DNA of 63,307 nucleotides, counting the filler, from Octopus bimaculoides (Eukaryota), in the NCBI RefSeq assembly GCF_001194135.2. It is 5 parts of 5 records of this genome, joined end to end, with 100 filler letters (N's around TTAATTAATTAA, not from the genome) between each part and the next. Parts side by side here need not be neighbours in the genome. Positions count along the whole stretch, not along the records: positions 1 to 16,762 come from NC_069002.1; positions 16,863 to 28,648 come from NC_068985.1; 3 more parts are not named here. One strand, 5' to 3'. Both the position numbers and the translations under genes were made by a program. Positions 14,494-28,253 of the stretch are shown here, in pieces. Position 1 is the first letter of the stretch, and every line of letters begins with the position of its first letter. A model generated the notes under the pieces. The model searched no databases and had not been told where the DNA came from. It saw only the letters and a program-made list of their open reading frames with translations.

Positions 14494-14675
14494 CATACGT
14501 ATATGTATGTATGTATGTATATGTGTATAAAATCAATAAGGCAGTAAAAATCCATTGCCATATCTTTGTAATCAATAATTTGTCTATGACAATGAGTTAT
14601 TGATTTAGTCAGTAGCTAATTATCTGTGTTAATTACGTTCTCTTTAATGAGGTGCCGCTGCACTCAATTTTATAA

Positions 14676-14711
<36 letters not shown>

Positions 14712-16323
14712 AACTGCTGTTGCTGCTGAAGCTGTCGGCTGCCGTTGCCTCTGTTAAAGCAATTTCCGCTCTCACTCGCTGCTGTTTCTTACTGTTGCTG
14801 GCCCTATTGGAACCGCTACTACTGCGGCTGCCGCTTGCCACTTGTTCTGTTTCATGTGAATGCTGTTGTTGTTGTTGTTGTGGTGGTGGTGGTGGTGGTG
14901 GTGGTGGTGGTGGTGGTTGTGGTGGTGGTTGTGGTAGTGGTGGTGATGATGATGGTGGTGGTTGTAGTGGTAGTAATGGTGGTAGTGGTGGTGGTAGTGT
15001 TGGTAATGGTGGAAAGGATGAAGATGATGGTAGTGATGCTTGTGTTGGTAGTGATGCTTGTGTTGGTGGTGTTGGTGACAGACAAAAGACACAGTTTCCA
15101 AATGGTGTCTATTATTTTGATACCAATTGCAATGTCGTTCTTGCTATTGAAGAAAACCACGTGTTAAGGTCATCTCTACAGATTTTCCATAGAAATTATA
15201 GCCAGCACTGACTGTTGTTACGACGTTTCGTATCCAAGATGTCAAATATAAACAAACGATGAGATCGAAAATGAAAAATTGGATAATGAGCGTATATGCC
15301 ATACTTCGGGAGTTTTTGCTCCTTCATTACCACCCATTCTAACCCTAATCCTCCACTAACACATTCTTTAAATTNNNNNNNNNNNNNNNNNNNNNNNNNN
15401 NNNNNNNNNNNNNNNNNNNNNNNNNNNNNNNNNNNNNNNNNNNNNNNNNNNNNNNNNNNNNNNNNNNNNNNNNNNNNNNNNNNNNNNNNNNNNNNNNNNN
15501 NNNNNNNNNNNNNNNNNNNNNNNNNNNNNNNNNNNNNNNNNNNNNNNNNNNNNNNNNNNNNNNNNNNNNNNNNNNNNNNNNNNNNNNNNNNNNNNNNNNN
15601 NNNNNNNNNNNNNNNNNNNNNNNNNNNNNNNNNNNNNNNNNNNNNNNNNNNNNNNNNNNNNNNNNNNNNNNNNNNNNNNNNNNNNNNNNNNNNNNNNNNN
15701 NNNNNNNNNNNNNNNNNNNNNNNNNNNNNNNNNNNNNNNNNNNNNNNNNNNNNNNNNNNNNNNNNNNNNNNNNNNNNNNNNNNNNNNNNNNNNNNNNNNN
15801 NNNNNNNNNNNNNNNNNNNNNNNNNNNNNNNNNNNNNNNAACAATTTACATATATGTACCACAAAGTTTATTAAAGTTTTTTGTAAATCAATACCATTTA
15901 CTACTGTGTTAGCAGTGCACTTAAACCACGTGTTAAGGTCCTCTCTGCAGATTTTCCATAGAAATTATAGCCAGCACTGACTGTTGTTGCGACGTTTCGT
16001 ATCCAAGATGTCAAATATAAACAAACGATGAAATCGAAGATGAAAAATTGGATAAAGGGCGTATATGCCATACTTCGGGAGTTTTTGCTCCTTCATTACC
16101 ACCCATTCTAACCCTAATCCTCCACTAACACATTCTTTAAATTGCCACTAAATGCAGCGATGCAACATTATTGGAATTACCAATTTTCATATTAAACACA
16201 TTCCAGGAAATTGGTATGCATATATTCATGATTTGTAGGGGACACGGTATTTCGTTACGCAATCATAATGTACTACAAATACGTGCTAAGGACATCTGTA
16301 GAGATGGTTTTAACACTTGAAAT

Positions 16324-16750
16324 GCGGCGAGCTGGCAGAATCGCTAGCACGCCGGGCGAAATGCTTAGCGGTATTTCGTCTCTCTTTACTTTCTGAGTTC
16401 AAATTCCGCCGACGTCGACTTTGCTTTCATCCTTTCGGGGTCGATAAATTAAGTAGCAGTTACGCACTGGGGTCGATCTAATCGACTTAATCCCTTTGTC
16501 TGTCCTTGTTTGTTGTCCCCTCTATGTTTAGCCCCTTGTGGGCAATAAAGAAATAAGAATTGTTAGCACGCCGGGCGAAATGCTTAGGAGTATTTCGTCT
16601 GTCTTTACGTTCTGAGTTCAAATTCCGCCGAGGTCGACTTTGCCTTTCATCCTTAATAAATTAAGTACCAGTTGCGTACTGAGGTCGATCTAATCGACTA
16701 GCCCCACCTCCCCCAAAAATTTCGGGCCTTGTACCAAGAGAAGAAAAGAT
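16324..16750 (+). mobile_element. Two nested/tandem tRNA-SINE family B copies; the first ends in a hairpin+AATAAAG tail
   Basis: GCGGCGAGCTGGCAGAATCG...TTCTGAGTTCAAATTCCGCC (A/B boxes). The tail GCCC-CTTGT-GGGC-AATAAAGAAAT is at 16531-16554, and the SINE body restarts at AGAAT 16556. Confidence 0.8.
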
Positions 16751-17095
16751 TACTTAATACGTNNNNNNNNNNNNNNNNNNNNNNNNNNNNNNNNNNNNNN
16801 NNNNNNTTAATTAATTAANNNNNNNNNNNNNNNNNNNNNNNNNNNNNNNNNNNNNNNNNNNNAGGAATGTGTAGTGGTGGGATGGACTTATGAGGGAGGG
16901 TTGAGGATGAAGGGAAACGGGAGAAGGAGGTAGGGGAAGGTGCGTATGAGAGAAGAGAGAAAGACAGGAAGAGAGAAGAGAGAAAGAGAGTAGGGGTGAA
17001 GAGAAGTAGGAGTGAAGAGAAGTAGGAATCGGAGCAAGAGAGGAGATGTGGGTGGGAGGAATTAGGGGGACGGGGAGAGAAACAAAGGGAGGAGG

Positions 17096-17350
17096 TTAGA
17101 TGAAGAGGGGAGGAGAGTTGAGCCCATGTGGCGCAAAGAAGCGAAGAGAGAAGATTAATCTCTGTTCACGGCGCAAACGGGAGTCCTGATGGCCCCTGTG
17201 CAAGGACAATCCGAACACGTACAGGTGTTGCAAAGAGTGACCGGTAGAGTGGAAATAGGCATGAGACTGGGGTGTCATTGCTGAGGCCGTTGTCTCGGGG
17301 GTGTTCCGCAAACCGGTCAGCCAAGCGGCATCCCGTTTGTCCGATTGTTT
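17096..17350 (-). pseudogene. Penelope-like element GIY-YIG endonuclease C-terminal fragment
   Basis: IGQTGCRLADRFAEH, then a frameshift, then YFHSTGHSLQHLYVFGL...RLRREQRLIFSLRFFAPHGLN. Confidence 0.8.
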
Positions 17351-19679
17351 ATATTATATATATATATATATATAGGGTGTGCTATGTGAATTTATGGATA
17401 CGTATCCCATAAAACTCAACAAATTTGTTAAAAATGGAGACGAGAAGATATTAAAATAATGTGTGTGTGTGTTTATATATATGTTATGTGAGCGAAATAC
17501 ATTCACGCACACTCGTACACGTGTACACACACACACACACACACGCACATGCAGGAGGAGATGCAGCGCTGGGATGCAGCGCTGGGATGCAGCGCTGGGA
17601 TGCAGCACTGTACTGGAAGTGGAGAATAGGCGATAGCTACATCCAAAATAAAAAGAGGTAGTTGAAGATACATACACACATACAATCTTTGTGAAATGTA
17701 TAACAATTTATTTTTGTCGCTTATTAGTATTTATGTAATTACTTTTGATAGCTTCATGTGATTCCCTACTATAGTTTTAAGACCATTTGAGATGTATGCA
17801 GAATTTTTTTTCATCACTCTGAGGTTTGGTTTGTTATTTCTGGCACTATCTTACTCTTTCCTCACAGTATCTCTTTCCTGTGATTTTTAGTGATGAATAT
17901 GTTTTGCATGCGCTGAGTGATTGTGATTACTGACGTGTCTTTCAGTGTCAGCCGGTGTAAATGAACCCACTAAGACTAGTTCGATCTCCTATATTTGTTT
18001 GAGAACAAAAGTTTAATTGTTAGAATATACAAGAGAAGTTGGAACATCAGGAAATGTTTCCAAATATTTTAAATTTTTGTTTCATAATTTCAAAATATAA
18101 TATTTTCCACATGTTTTAACATTTCATGTTAAAAAATAAATATTGTTTTATATTTTAAAGATTCTGGGAAAATATCTTTTATTTGTTATTTTGGTTGAAT
18201 TGCTTCTTATTTATTTTGCTACTTTTTCTTCATTTTAAATTTGTAACTAAAATTTGGAAACAAGCAAAATTACTGATTCTAACAATTCGATAAAATGGAA
18301 TCCCGATAGTCAAGAATCACGTTTTTATGACAAATAGGTTTCAGTGTTGTAATTTCTTTTAAAAAAATCGTTATCAATAGCAACATATTGATTATCGCGG
18401 TCTCAGAAAATGATAATGAATAAAAATAAAAAATACATTTAACAATGTTTTTGTGCATAAGATGGGAGCCAGTAAATTTGTTTTCTCTTTTCGAGGCATT
18501 GAAATTTCGAAGTTTAGAATGGAATATTTCTAAGACGAAAGTAGAATAGCGATGATTACACGAGAGATAAATAGAGCAAGAATTTTAGAATGAGGCAATA
18601 TTTTATTTTGTAATTTTTCTCTTCTATTTTGTATGTGTAAGCGATACTATTTTGTTTTGTAATTTATGGTAAAAATGTTCAGCAATACAATACGATCCCC
18701 AACGGTGGATTCATGCTCGGGATTGAATATGAATGTCAGTATTTCTTTTCAATAACGAATGTTAACAGGAAATCAATGAGCGTTGTGCTTGTTTTCACAA
18801 CAATTCACCTCAACGGACTTTTAAAATGTTAAAGAGTTAGTTTTTCCTCACATTAAATTCACAGACGACGTATGAAACAATTTTCAAAAAAACTCAATTT
18901 ATTTTGTGTTGAATAAGATCAATAAGCTTCTTTAAAACCTCTTTCATTAAATGGATCGAAATTATAACCTTTTAGGGGCCTCAGTCTTTGTCTCCCAAAC
19001 CCAAATTATTGATATATCTATGCATCAAGGAATTTGAACAAAGTATTTCTGAAATTTTCATTTATAGTACAGTATGTAAATCCTAGCTTTTTCTCACGGA
19101 TTCATGTTCTCGTTCATTTACTTATCCATCCATGTCTTTCTAAACACAATTTTTTACGCTTATTTTAAGAGTGCTATTTTTACGTTTTACTTAAAAGAAA
19201 GAAGGGAGACGCTCAAAACCCTTTATTTTTGAAGCACCCCAAATCTGGTGAGAGAGAAGAAGGAAGTTGTTCTCAAACCAGAAAACTGGCGCCAAAGACT
19301 TCAGCAGTATAACATCGCCATGTATTTATCATACTATGTGTATACATACCTCTAGAAAGCATGATGCTGTGAAAATGCCTGCTATAAAATCTCTTCGTTG
19401 ACTTGTTTTAAAAACACGATTCATATACTAGCACGAGAGAAACATTGTCATTACGTGTTTTGTCTTTGAGCTTTGGGAATTCAGTACGCTCGAGTGTCAC
19501 CTGCTTAAACAACATTCATACCTCGATATATAGGAATGAGTAAATAAAACATTAATTGCTGCTATAGAAGATTGCCAAGCTGTGAAAGACTTCGGTGTAA
19601 GCAATTGAAGCAACTTTAAATTAAAGCCACTATCTACTTATCATACTTAATGTATACATACTGTTGAAAGGCATGTCTT

Positions 19680-20040
19680 TTACTCTTTTACTTGTTTCAG
19701 TCATTTGATTGCGGCCATGCTGGAGCACCGCCTTTAGTCGAAGAAATCGACCCCAGGACTTATTCTTTGTAAGCCTAGTACTTATTCTATCGGTTTCTTT
19801 TGCCGAACCGCTAAGTTACGGGGACGTAAACACACCAGCATCGGTTGTCCAGCGATGTTGGGTGACAAACACAGACACACGAACATACACACACACATAC
19901 ATATATATACATATGTACGATGGGCTTCTTTCAGTTTCCGTCTACCAAATCCACTCACAAGGCTTTCGACGGCCCAAAGCTATAGTAGAAGACACTTGCC
20001 CAAGGTTCCACGAAGTGGGACTGAACCCGGAAACATGCGT
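19680..20040 (-). mobile_element. tRNA-derived SINE family A, 5'-truncated
   Basis: Similar by eye to 26098-26682; the head breaks off after the B-box. Confidence 0.8.
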
Positions 20041-21149
20041 GGAACCCGGTATGTGTGGAATTCTATGAGATAAAATTCCTTAATGCACCACAAGAGAAAT
20101 GGTAGTGTTAAAACTAGCAGCCGAGTGCTTTCACTGCCCAAGAGCATAAAAAGCCGAAACAAATACTGCAATGCATCTCGTCTGAACTCTTCTAATTGTG
20201 CTCATCATCATCTCTCGATTTATATTTTATTTTAATCTTTCAAAAGGATGAAAGACAAAAGCGGATCTCGTGATTTGAACTCAGATAGAAGAGACTGGAG
20301 CAAATAATCGTAAATAGTTTGTTATCCGCTGTAACGATTTTACCTAGTGATGTAGTTCAATTAACTGTTACGCTTAAACGAACTGTAACAAAGTTAACAT
20401 CACCCGCCTTGGAGGGCGAACAGTGTCATAAACGGCAGGACAATGGATTAAATGCCTTGCAGTACTTCATAGTTTCATTTTACGTTCTCCGTTCATATTC
20501 CTCCGGAATCAATTGTATTGCCTTCCAGACTTCCGTGATCGACATAATAAATACCATTAATAAACCGAAATAGAGGCCATCAACTTTACTCTGCCTGAAA
20601 CCTTCTTTACTTCCACAAAGTTTAGGATTGAATATTAAGCGTTAGGAATGAATATTAACTTTCGGTGAATCCTAAAAATTCTTTAACAGTACAGAATTAA
20701 TTACTGTCTTTGATTTGTCGATATGCTAAGTAAAGCGACAGCAACGCGTTCCTCATACACATAATATTTAAACGGTATTAATCCTTTTCTGCTATGAGAG
20801 TGATTGCGTTCGTCACCCTCCACCGCTTGACGGATGATGCTGGTACGTTACGTCCTCGTAACCTGGCGATTCGTTAGAATATACTGTCAGAATAATTATT
20901 GTACTTTAAAATATGCACTGGTATTCATTTGTTCGAGTGAACCCTTCAAGGTGTTGCCTGATCGTGTCTGCAGTCCAATGAGTCTAATAAGTAAAGGATA
21001 AAAAATATATGCGATCAACTGATTTCAAATCACGACACATATCGAAATTTGAATTTTTTATGCATTCAATGATTTTTTTTCTATTATTCCGAATTTTAAT
21101 CTACAACGTCCACGCAATCACTGCCACTAACAACATCTCTACCAACAAT

Positions 21150-21365
21150 AAAGGAGCACTCCGTCGTTTGCGACGATGTGGGTCCCAGATGATACGATCA
21201 ACGGAACAGCTTGCTCGTGAAATTAACGTGAAAGTGGCTAAGCCCTGAGTGAACTACAGCAACGAGAAATAGTCTTGTTGAAGGACACAATGCCTTGCTA
21301 CGTATCGAACTCGTGACTTCAAAATCTTGAACCGAATACCTTATCCACTAAGCCACGCATTTTCA
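21150..21365 (-). mobile_element. tRNA-derived SINE, same subfamily as 41335-41645
   Basis: Reverse complement of the 41335 copy (GGAACAGCTTGCTCGTGAAATTAACGTGAAAGTGGC). Confidence 0.7.
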
Positions 21366-23090
21366 CAATGTGTGCATGTATGTATATGTGCACACATGCA
21401 TGCACACACAGACAGACAGACACAAACATACACATACACTGAGACGCATACACCCAAACACTTTATTACTCCAAGTAGACTCAAATATCAAAATTAACTG
21501 TGCTAATGATTTAAATTAATTACCAATGTGTTCTATTTACATTGGATGTGTAAAATTAAATTGCATACCGTTATGATTATATAACTGTGTACACAAATCA
21601 ATATCTACCAGTGAATTAACATACATTTATAAAGAAAATGAAATATCTCATGTTTTCTACGTGGAAATTAAACTATACTTAATAATCAAAATAGTAAACT
21701 GTGAAACTATATTAAAATAATATTAGTTAGTTGCCTGTTTATTATTTGATTATTTTATTTTCACCGTCAAAAGCAAGAGTTTTGTCTAGGCACTTCGCTA
21801 CTCACTTGGCGTTAAGTATGAGCCAGCGATGTAGCTCCAATTCGGTAGCTCGATTTACTAAAAACATTAGCTCTGCAACCAAATATTACAGGTTACTCTC
21901 TTGAGAATGAAGGACGCATGAATAATGTCATCCTGGGTAAAATAGAACAGCGGTTCCCAAGCATTTTGCATCAAGGACGCCTTCATGCAAAACAATCTAA
22001 CAAGTTTTTTATGGACCGGAGGATCACGCGAATAATAAAACACGATGCTGTAGGTATTTAATTTAATTGTTACATACATACACACTGAATAATGGCATAC
22101 ATAAAACTGGATAATGACATACATACACACATAGTAAAACATATTAAGAAGCATAAGGTACTGAAATTTTGTTGGAAAAAAAATATTTTTATGAAGTAAA
22201 ATACTTACATAGTCGACTGGTTTCGTTTAGGCTAATCATGACTAAGTAATTATTAATAATCTAATAATTTTTTGTTATTACAATAAGCCTTCATTGCATG
22301 TTAGTAGGGGGCAGGATATTTTGTAAATGAATTGAGAGGTAAATTTCAGGGGAGAAACCAAACTTCATCCTAACCGACGGAGTGACCCTTTTAATACTCG
22401 GTGAATCAGTCCATCAACCTCAGTGCTCAAATCGTACATATGTTGGAAGGATGAAAATTGACCTCGGGGAATTGTCGAATGTAAAGGAGGACGAAGTGAC
22501 GCTAATCATTTTATCTGGCGTGTTAACGGTTCTGATGGCTCACCGGTTTAATTTCTTCAAAGGGTGTTGTTGTTTTTGTCAATGGTACTGTTTTTTTTAA
22601 TTTTTATTGTTTTAGAGGCGGCGGCGGCGGCGGTGGCCACGGTGGTGGTAATTGTGACCACCAGGTCATAGCTGTGGTGGTGGTGGTTGTGGTTGTATTA
22701 ATTGCGATGGGTTTCTATTTTTATTGTCGTTGTTCACTTTTGGAGTCAGATATAATCAAGCAAAGTTACGATCAAATAAATTCGCAGTATTGTATATTCA
22801 AGCTTGGTCTACTCAAACCTTAACTAATATACATTTTTCTCCATTTTACGCCAACAAGATGCGATTTAGAAGATATGTGGCTGCTATTTTTTTTTTCAGA
22901 TTGTGCAACCACATAATGATTACTTGCTTTTCTGTTTCTTGTATTCGGCGACGAAACAATCTGTTCCACCAATGTTATTCTTTTGATACGTATATGCATA
23001 TGCTTTGAGTGATTAATATTCTAATATTTAATATACTATAGTTAATATAATATACATAAATCCATATAATTTCTCTCCCCTCTCTCTCCA

Positions 23091-23147
<57 letters not shown>

Positions 23148-23481
23148 GTCAATCTATTTATTTCTATTTCTATTTCTCTCTCCCACTTTTTTCCAATTTC
23201 TGTTGTTGATCGTTACCGGTTGTGAGACGGCTTCCATATTAACTGCCTTTGTCGAGGCATCCCTTTGAGGGCCTATGGATTCCCATGGCATTAGTTAACA
23301 TCTTTATTCTCATTCCCATGCGTGTATCATCTAATTAGCATTTTAGCGAAGCCGAAATGAATCATCTTTTCAAGCCACTTCAAGAAGTAACGAGTGTAGA
23401 TGTTTACAAACTGTAGGCGTCTTCTCTGGCCAATAAGGAAAATACAATTAGCAAGAATATTAATATTTAATGCAAGGAATA

Positions 23482-23695
23482 CGGTGAACTGGCAGAATCG
23501 TCAGCACACAGTGCAAAATGCTTAGCGGCATTTCGTCCGTCTCTACGTATTGAGTTCAAATTCCCCCGTCGTCGACTTTACCATTCATTCTTTCGGGTTC
23601 CATAAAATTAGTAACATTTTAATGCTGGGGGGCAATGTATTTGACTTTCGCACTCCACCGAAATTGCTGTTCTTGTGCCAAAGTTTGAATCCAAT
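23482..23695 (+). mobile_element. tRNA-SINE family B copy
   Basis: GGTGAACTGGCAGAATCGTCAGCAC...GAGTTCAAATTCCCC. Confidence 0.75.
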
Positions 23696-24546
23696 ATTTA
23701 TTGCAAGGCGGTTCGATTTGAAGCATAACTAGGAAAAGGACTTGAAGGCCTTCAGCAAGGAGGGGAGGCAACTTTAAATAGGTTTCGGCTTTATTATGTC
23801 TCCTCATCAACGAACATATATTTTATCATCCTTGCTGAGGCTGTGCTAAATGAACCACAAACTAATTAATATACACCGGTATACGAAGAAAATTAAAATT
23901 TTCGATGAGCGAATTTCCCTGTGGCACAAGTGAACGAAAACAATAATTTCGTTAAGTATAACATAGTGAAGCAAGCTACGAGCTGAGAACGAAAAAATAC
24001 AGATCAATATTAGAAATTGATTAATGATATCAGAAAGACCTGCTCATCCTAACGTCCATTTTTAAACTACTTTCTCACCAACCCTGCACCATAACATATG
24101 CTGACAGAACGGAACCTAAAATAAGCAGTAAAAGCATGAGTATGTAAGAATCAATTTGCAAGTGACTGATTAATATGAGGCAAAATAAAGCATGTCTATC
24201 ATATTGGCAAATACCAATTAAGATATATATAAGCAACGTCAGCAACAATAACAGAGAAGAACGAAAAATAAAATATATATTTGTGTATGAAGAGACGTAG
24301 AGAGTAGAACTAAGTGGAAAATGTATTGGAAAACTGATGATAATCTAATGATGGCTCGTTTACAAAAGGGACCAATTGTGTAGTATCAAAACTAGTGGTA
24401 AGGCTGAAAGTTATTCTAGGAAAGGAAAGAATTTTGGCTCGACAGACAGTATTTCAGTCCTTCATTCAGTGAGTGCTTAGTGAATCCATTACACTGACCA
24501 AACAAACATTAGTAAGACATTTTAAAATATATACTTGTTTGTGAAC

Positions 24547-24720
24547 AGGCATGACTGTGTGGTAAGAAGCTTGCTTCTCAATCACATGGTTCCGGTTTCA
24601 GTCCCACTGCGTGGTACCTTGGGCAAGTACCTTCTACTATAGCCTCGGGGCGACCAAAGCCTTGTCAGTGGATTTGGTCGACGGAAACTGAAAGAAGCCC
24701 GTCGCATATATATATATACA
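24547..24720 (+). mobile_element. tRNA-derived SINE family A, 5' half with an empty target site
   Basis: CAGGCATGACTGTGTGGTAAGAAGCTTGCTTCTCAATCACATGGTTCCGGTTTCAGTCCCACTGCG shows A-box and B-box-like motifs. Confidence 0.85.
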
Positions 24721-24799
24721 TATGCATGTATACGGCTCCGTATTGCGGTACATAACATAGCATTTAGGTTTGTGTTATCTTCACCCCTTCGTCCTTTTT

Positions 24800-25135
24800 C
24801 ATAAGGAAGTATTCTGGCAGGATCACTGACTGAGACTCCATCGGTTACAATGACGAGGGTGCCAAAGGAGCAGACTGCTCCCGAAATTAAGAAATGGCTG
24901 AGCATACCGCTGAGAGGCGTACCATCAATGTAGTTCTCAGGAAGATTCGGCGTGATATTCGGAGAAAGTCACAACGCTGTCGATTTGAAATGCAACTTAC
25001 TTTTTGCCAGATGAGTGGACTGGAGCAAACGTGAAATAAAGTGTCTTGCCCAAGGACACAACTCACCACCGGGTATCGAACACAGGAGCTTCGATCGTGA
25101 GCCGGAAACTCTGACCGCTAAGTCATGAGCCTTCA
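24800..25135 (-). mobile_element. tRNA-derived SINE, family C-related
   Basis: GTGAAATAAAGTGTCTTGCCCAAGGACACAAC...GGTATCGAAC...CATGAGCCTTC is the reverse complement of the family C head. Confidence 0.7.
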
Positions 25136-25589
25136 GGATCACTAGTGCACCGGAAACAATCTTTGGTATTATTCCTTTGGTTACTGTTCATCATGAGCAC
25201 AAATCCTGCGGAAGGACAATTGTCCGTTTCATTCTTTCGTGGTCGATAAAATAAAGTACCATTCAAGTGCTAAAATCGATGCTATTGGCTTACCTCCTGC
25301 TTTCAAATTTACTGTCCGTGTTCTAAATCAGAAACAGTATTTTGCATACGCACACACACACATACGCACACATTTCCTGAGACATACATACATACATACA
25401 TACACACACTCACAATTCCTTACTCTTACCCTTCCCTTTCCCTCGTTCCTCTTATTGTGTACTTCTTTCTTTTATTTTACTATTGTTTACATATCATTAT
25501 CACCGTCATCATTCTCTCTCTTCCTTCCCCTCTCGTTTTCTCTCTCTTTTTTCCCTCCCTCTTTTCCTTCACTCGTTCTGCCTCCCTCC

Positions 25590-25845
25590 CTCACTCTTCT
25601 CCAATACCTCTGCTTTCCATTATGCACTCTCAATTCCGCATTATTCTCAGCCACTCTCCTTTCTCTTTCTTCCTCTGCATTTCCACTCACTATGTCACTA
25701 TCTATCTATCTATCTATCTTCCCCCTTCTTTTCCTCACTCTTTCTGCCTTCCTCATTTTGTTCTCCAATACCCCTGCTTTCCATTATGCACTCTCAATTC
25801 CGCATTACCTCACACACTCTCTCAATTCCGCATTATTCTCACGCG
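25590..25845 (+). repeat. Pyrimidine-rich minisatellite
   Basis: CCAATACC(T/C)CTGCTTTCCATTATGCACTCTCAATTCCGCATTA occurs twice, plus a partial third copy. Confidence 0.7.
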
Positions 25846-26097
25846 CTCTCATTTCTCTCTTTCTTCCTATTTCCATTCCCCCCCTCTCTCTCTCTCTCTC
25901 TTTTATTTTCCACTGGCCCATCCATTTCAAATCCCCATTTTCGTAGAATTTATTGTCTTATTTTTTAACCATTATCTCTCCCGCTTGTTAATTCATCTCT
26001 CTTTCTGATATCTCCATTCTCTCTAGATGTCTCATTGCCTCTTACCATTTCACTCACCGTCTCTCCTCTAATATCTTTCACAATTTCCACGTCTACA

Positions 26098-26682
26098 TAC
26101 TCTTTTACTCTTTTACTTGTTTCAGTCATTTGACAGCGGTCATGCTGGAGCACCACCTTTAGTCGAGAAAATCGACCCCAAGATTTATTCTTTGTAAGCC
26201 TAGTACTTATTCTATCGGTTTCTTTTTGCCGAACCGCTAAGTTACGGGGGACATAAACACACCAGCATCGGTTGTCAAGCGATGTCGGGAGGACAAACAC
26301 AGACACACATATATATACATATATACGACGGGCTTCTTTCAGTTTCCGTCNNNNNNNNNNGAAAATCGACCCCAAGATTTATTCTTTGTAAGCCTAGTAC
26401 TTATTCTATCGGTTTCTTTTTGCCGAACCGCTAAGTTACGGGGGACATAAACACACCAGCATCGGTTGTCAAGCGATGTCGGGAGGACAAACACAGACAC
26501 ACATATATATACATATATACGACGGGCTTCTTTCAGTTTCCGTCTCCCAAATCCACTCACAAGGCTTTGGTCGGCCCGAAGCTATAGTAGAAGACACTTG
26601 CCCAAGATGCCACGCAGTGGGACTGAACCCGGAACCATGTGGTTGGTAAGCAAGCTACTTACCACACAACCACTCCTGCGCC
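26098..26682 (-). mobile_element. tRNA-derived SINE family A, full length (with an assembly duplication across a 10-N gap)
   Basis: Head at ~26620-26682, internal (AT)/(AC) stretch, tail TACTCTTTTACTTGTTTCAGTCATTTG shared with other copies. Confidence 0.85.
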
Positions 26683-26848
26683 TATATATTTCTCCCCCAT
26701 GGATCTCCCTTATTTGGTTCATTCATTATAAGTAGTAACTTTCTTCTATTTATTGCCTGTATCTTTCCTAAGCTTATATCATACAAGTGCCTCAACGTCT
26801 AACACTCTCTAACTCTTAATCTCTCTTTCTCCCCCTCCCTGCTCTCTA

Positions 26849-26981
<133 letters not shown>

Positions 26982-27338
26982 ATCTCGCCTTTGCATCTAT
27001 ACACAATTTTAATATCCATGTTATCATACTTTAACCTTCTTTCTCTGTAAGGCATTGTTTAACATTTGAACACAGATTTAAGATATCGCCATTTTCCTAT
27101 CGCTCGAATTCGCTTGCCTTTCTTTCAGTACAAATAATGTTGTTTTTTTAACACACGCATAATCAGATTTGACATAATATTATTAGGATTTCTTTTTTTC
27201 TGTTTTTTTTTTCTTTTTCTCGTCTTTTATTGTAAAACCAAGATTGCTTCGATAAGGCAACAAATACAAGGAATTGGATCACTTCAGTTTTCCACACAAA
27301 CAAATATCTACGTCTCTATCAAAAATATCTTTATGTAT

Positions 27339-27375
<37 letters not shown>

Positions 27376-28221
27376 CACACACANNNNNNNNNNNNNNNNN
27401 NNNNNNNNNNNNNNNNNNNNNNNNNNNNNNNNNNNNNNNNNNNNNNNNNNNNNNNNNNNNNNNNNNNNNNNNNNNNNNNNNNNNNNNNNNNNNNNNNNNN
27501 NNNNNNNNNNNNNNNNNNNNNNNNNNNNNNNNNNNNNNNNNNNNNNNNNNNNNNNNNNNNNNNNNNNNNNNNNNNNNNNNNNNNNNNNNNNNNNNNNNNN
27601 NNNNNNNNNNNNNNNNNNNNNNNNNNNNNNNNNNNNNNNNNNNNNNNNNNNNNNNNNNNNNNNNNNNNNNNNNNNNNNNNNNNNNNNNNNNNNNNNNNNN
27701 NNNNNNNNNNNNNNNNNNNNNNNNNNNNNNNNNNNNNNNNNNNNNNNNNNNNNNNNNNNNNNNNNNNNNNNNNNNNNNNNNNNNNNNNNNNNNNNNNNNN
27801 NNNNNNNNNNNNNNNNNNNNNNNNNNNNNNNNNNNNNNNNNNNNNNNNNNNNNNNNNNNNNNNNNNNNNNNNNNNNNNNNNNNNNNNNNNNNNNNNNNNN
27901 NNNNNNNNNNNNNNNNNNNNNNNNNNNNNNNNNNNNNNNNNNNNNNNNNNNNNNNNNNNNNNNNNNNNNNNNNNNNNNNNNNNNNNNNNNNNNNNNNNNN
28001 NNNNNNNNNNNNNNNNNNNNNNNNNNNNNNNNNNNNNNNNNNNNNNNNNNNNNNNNNNNNNNNNNNNNNNNNNNNNNNNNNNNNNNNNNNNNNNNNNNNN
28101 NNNNNNNNNNNNNNNNNNNNNNNNNNNNNNNNNNNNNNNNNNNNNNNNNNNNNNNNNNNNNNNNNNNNNNNNNNNNNNNNNNATACCATAAGCAAATATA
28201 TATACATGCATACACACACAC

Positions 28222-28253
<32 letters not shown>

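Noticed and set aside
14644-15211. Poly-Ser/Gly/His ORFs
   Set aside because: Trinucleotide microsatellite mosaic with no splice or domain support.
15160-16145. ~215-bp near-identical repeat on both sides of a gap (also 32648-32730 vs 33479-33570)
   Set aside because: Probably an unmerged haplotype or overlap; cannot be distinguished from a real tandem repeat without reads.
16807-16818. TTAATTAATTAA between N runs (also at 28693-28704, 55054-55065 and 62213-62224)
   Set aside because: The identical 12-mer centred in fixed-size gaps has stop codons in all six frames; it is a scaffolding linker, not biology.
17560-17607. 13-bp tandem repeat (GATGCAGCGCTGG) x3.5
   Set aside because: Simple minisatellite with no spacers; not CRISPR-like.
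26160-26550. Exact ~190-bp duplication across a 10-N gap (also 48150-48345)
   Set aside because: Typical unresolved contig overlap.
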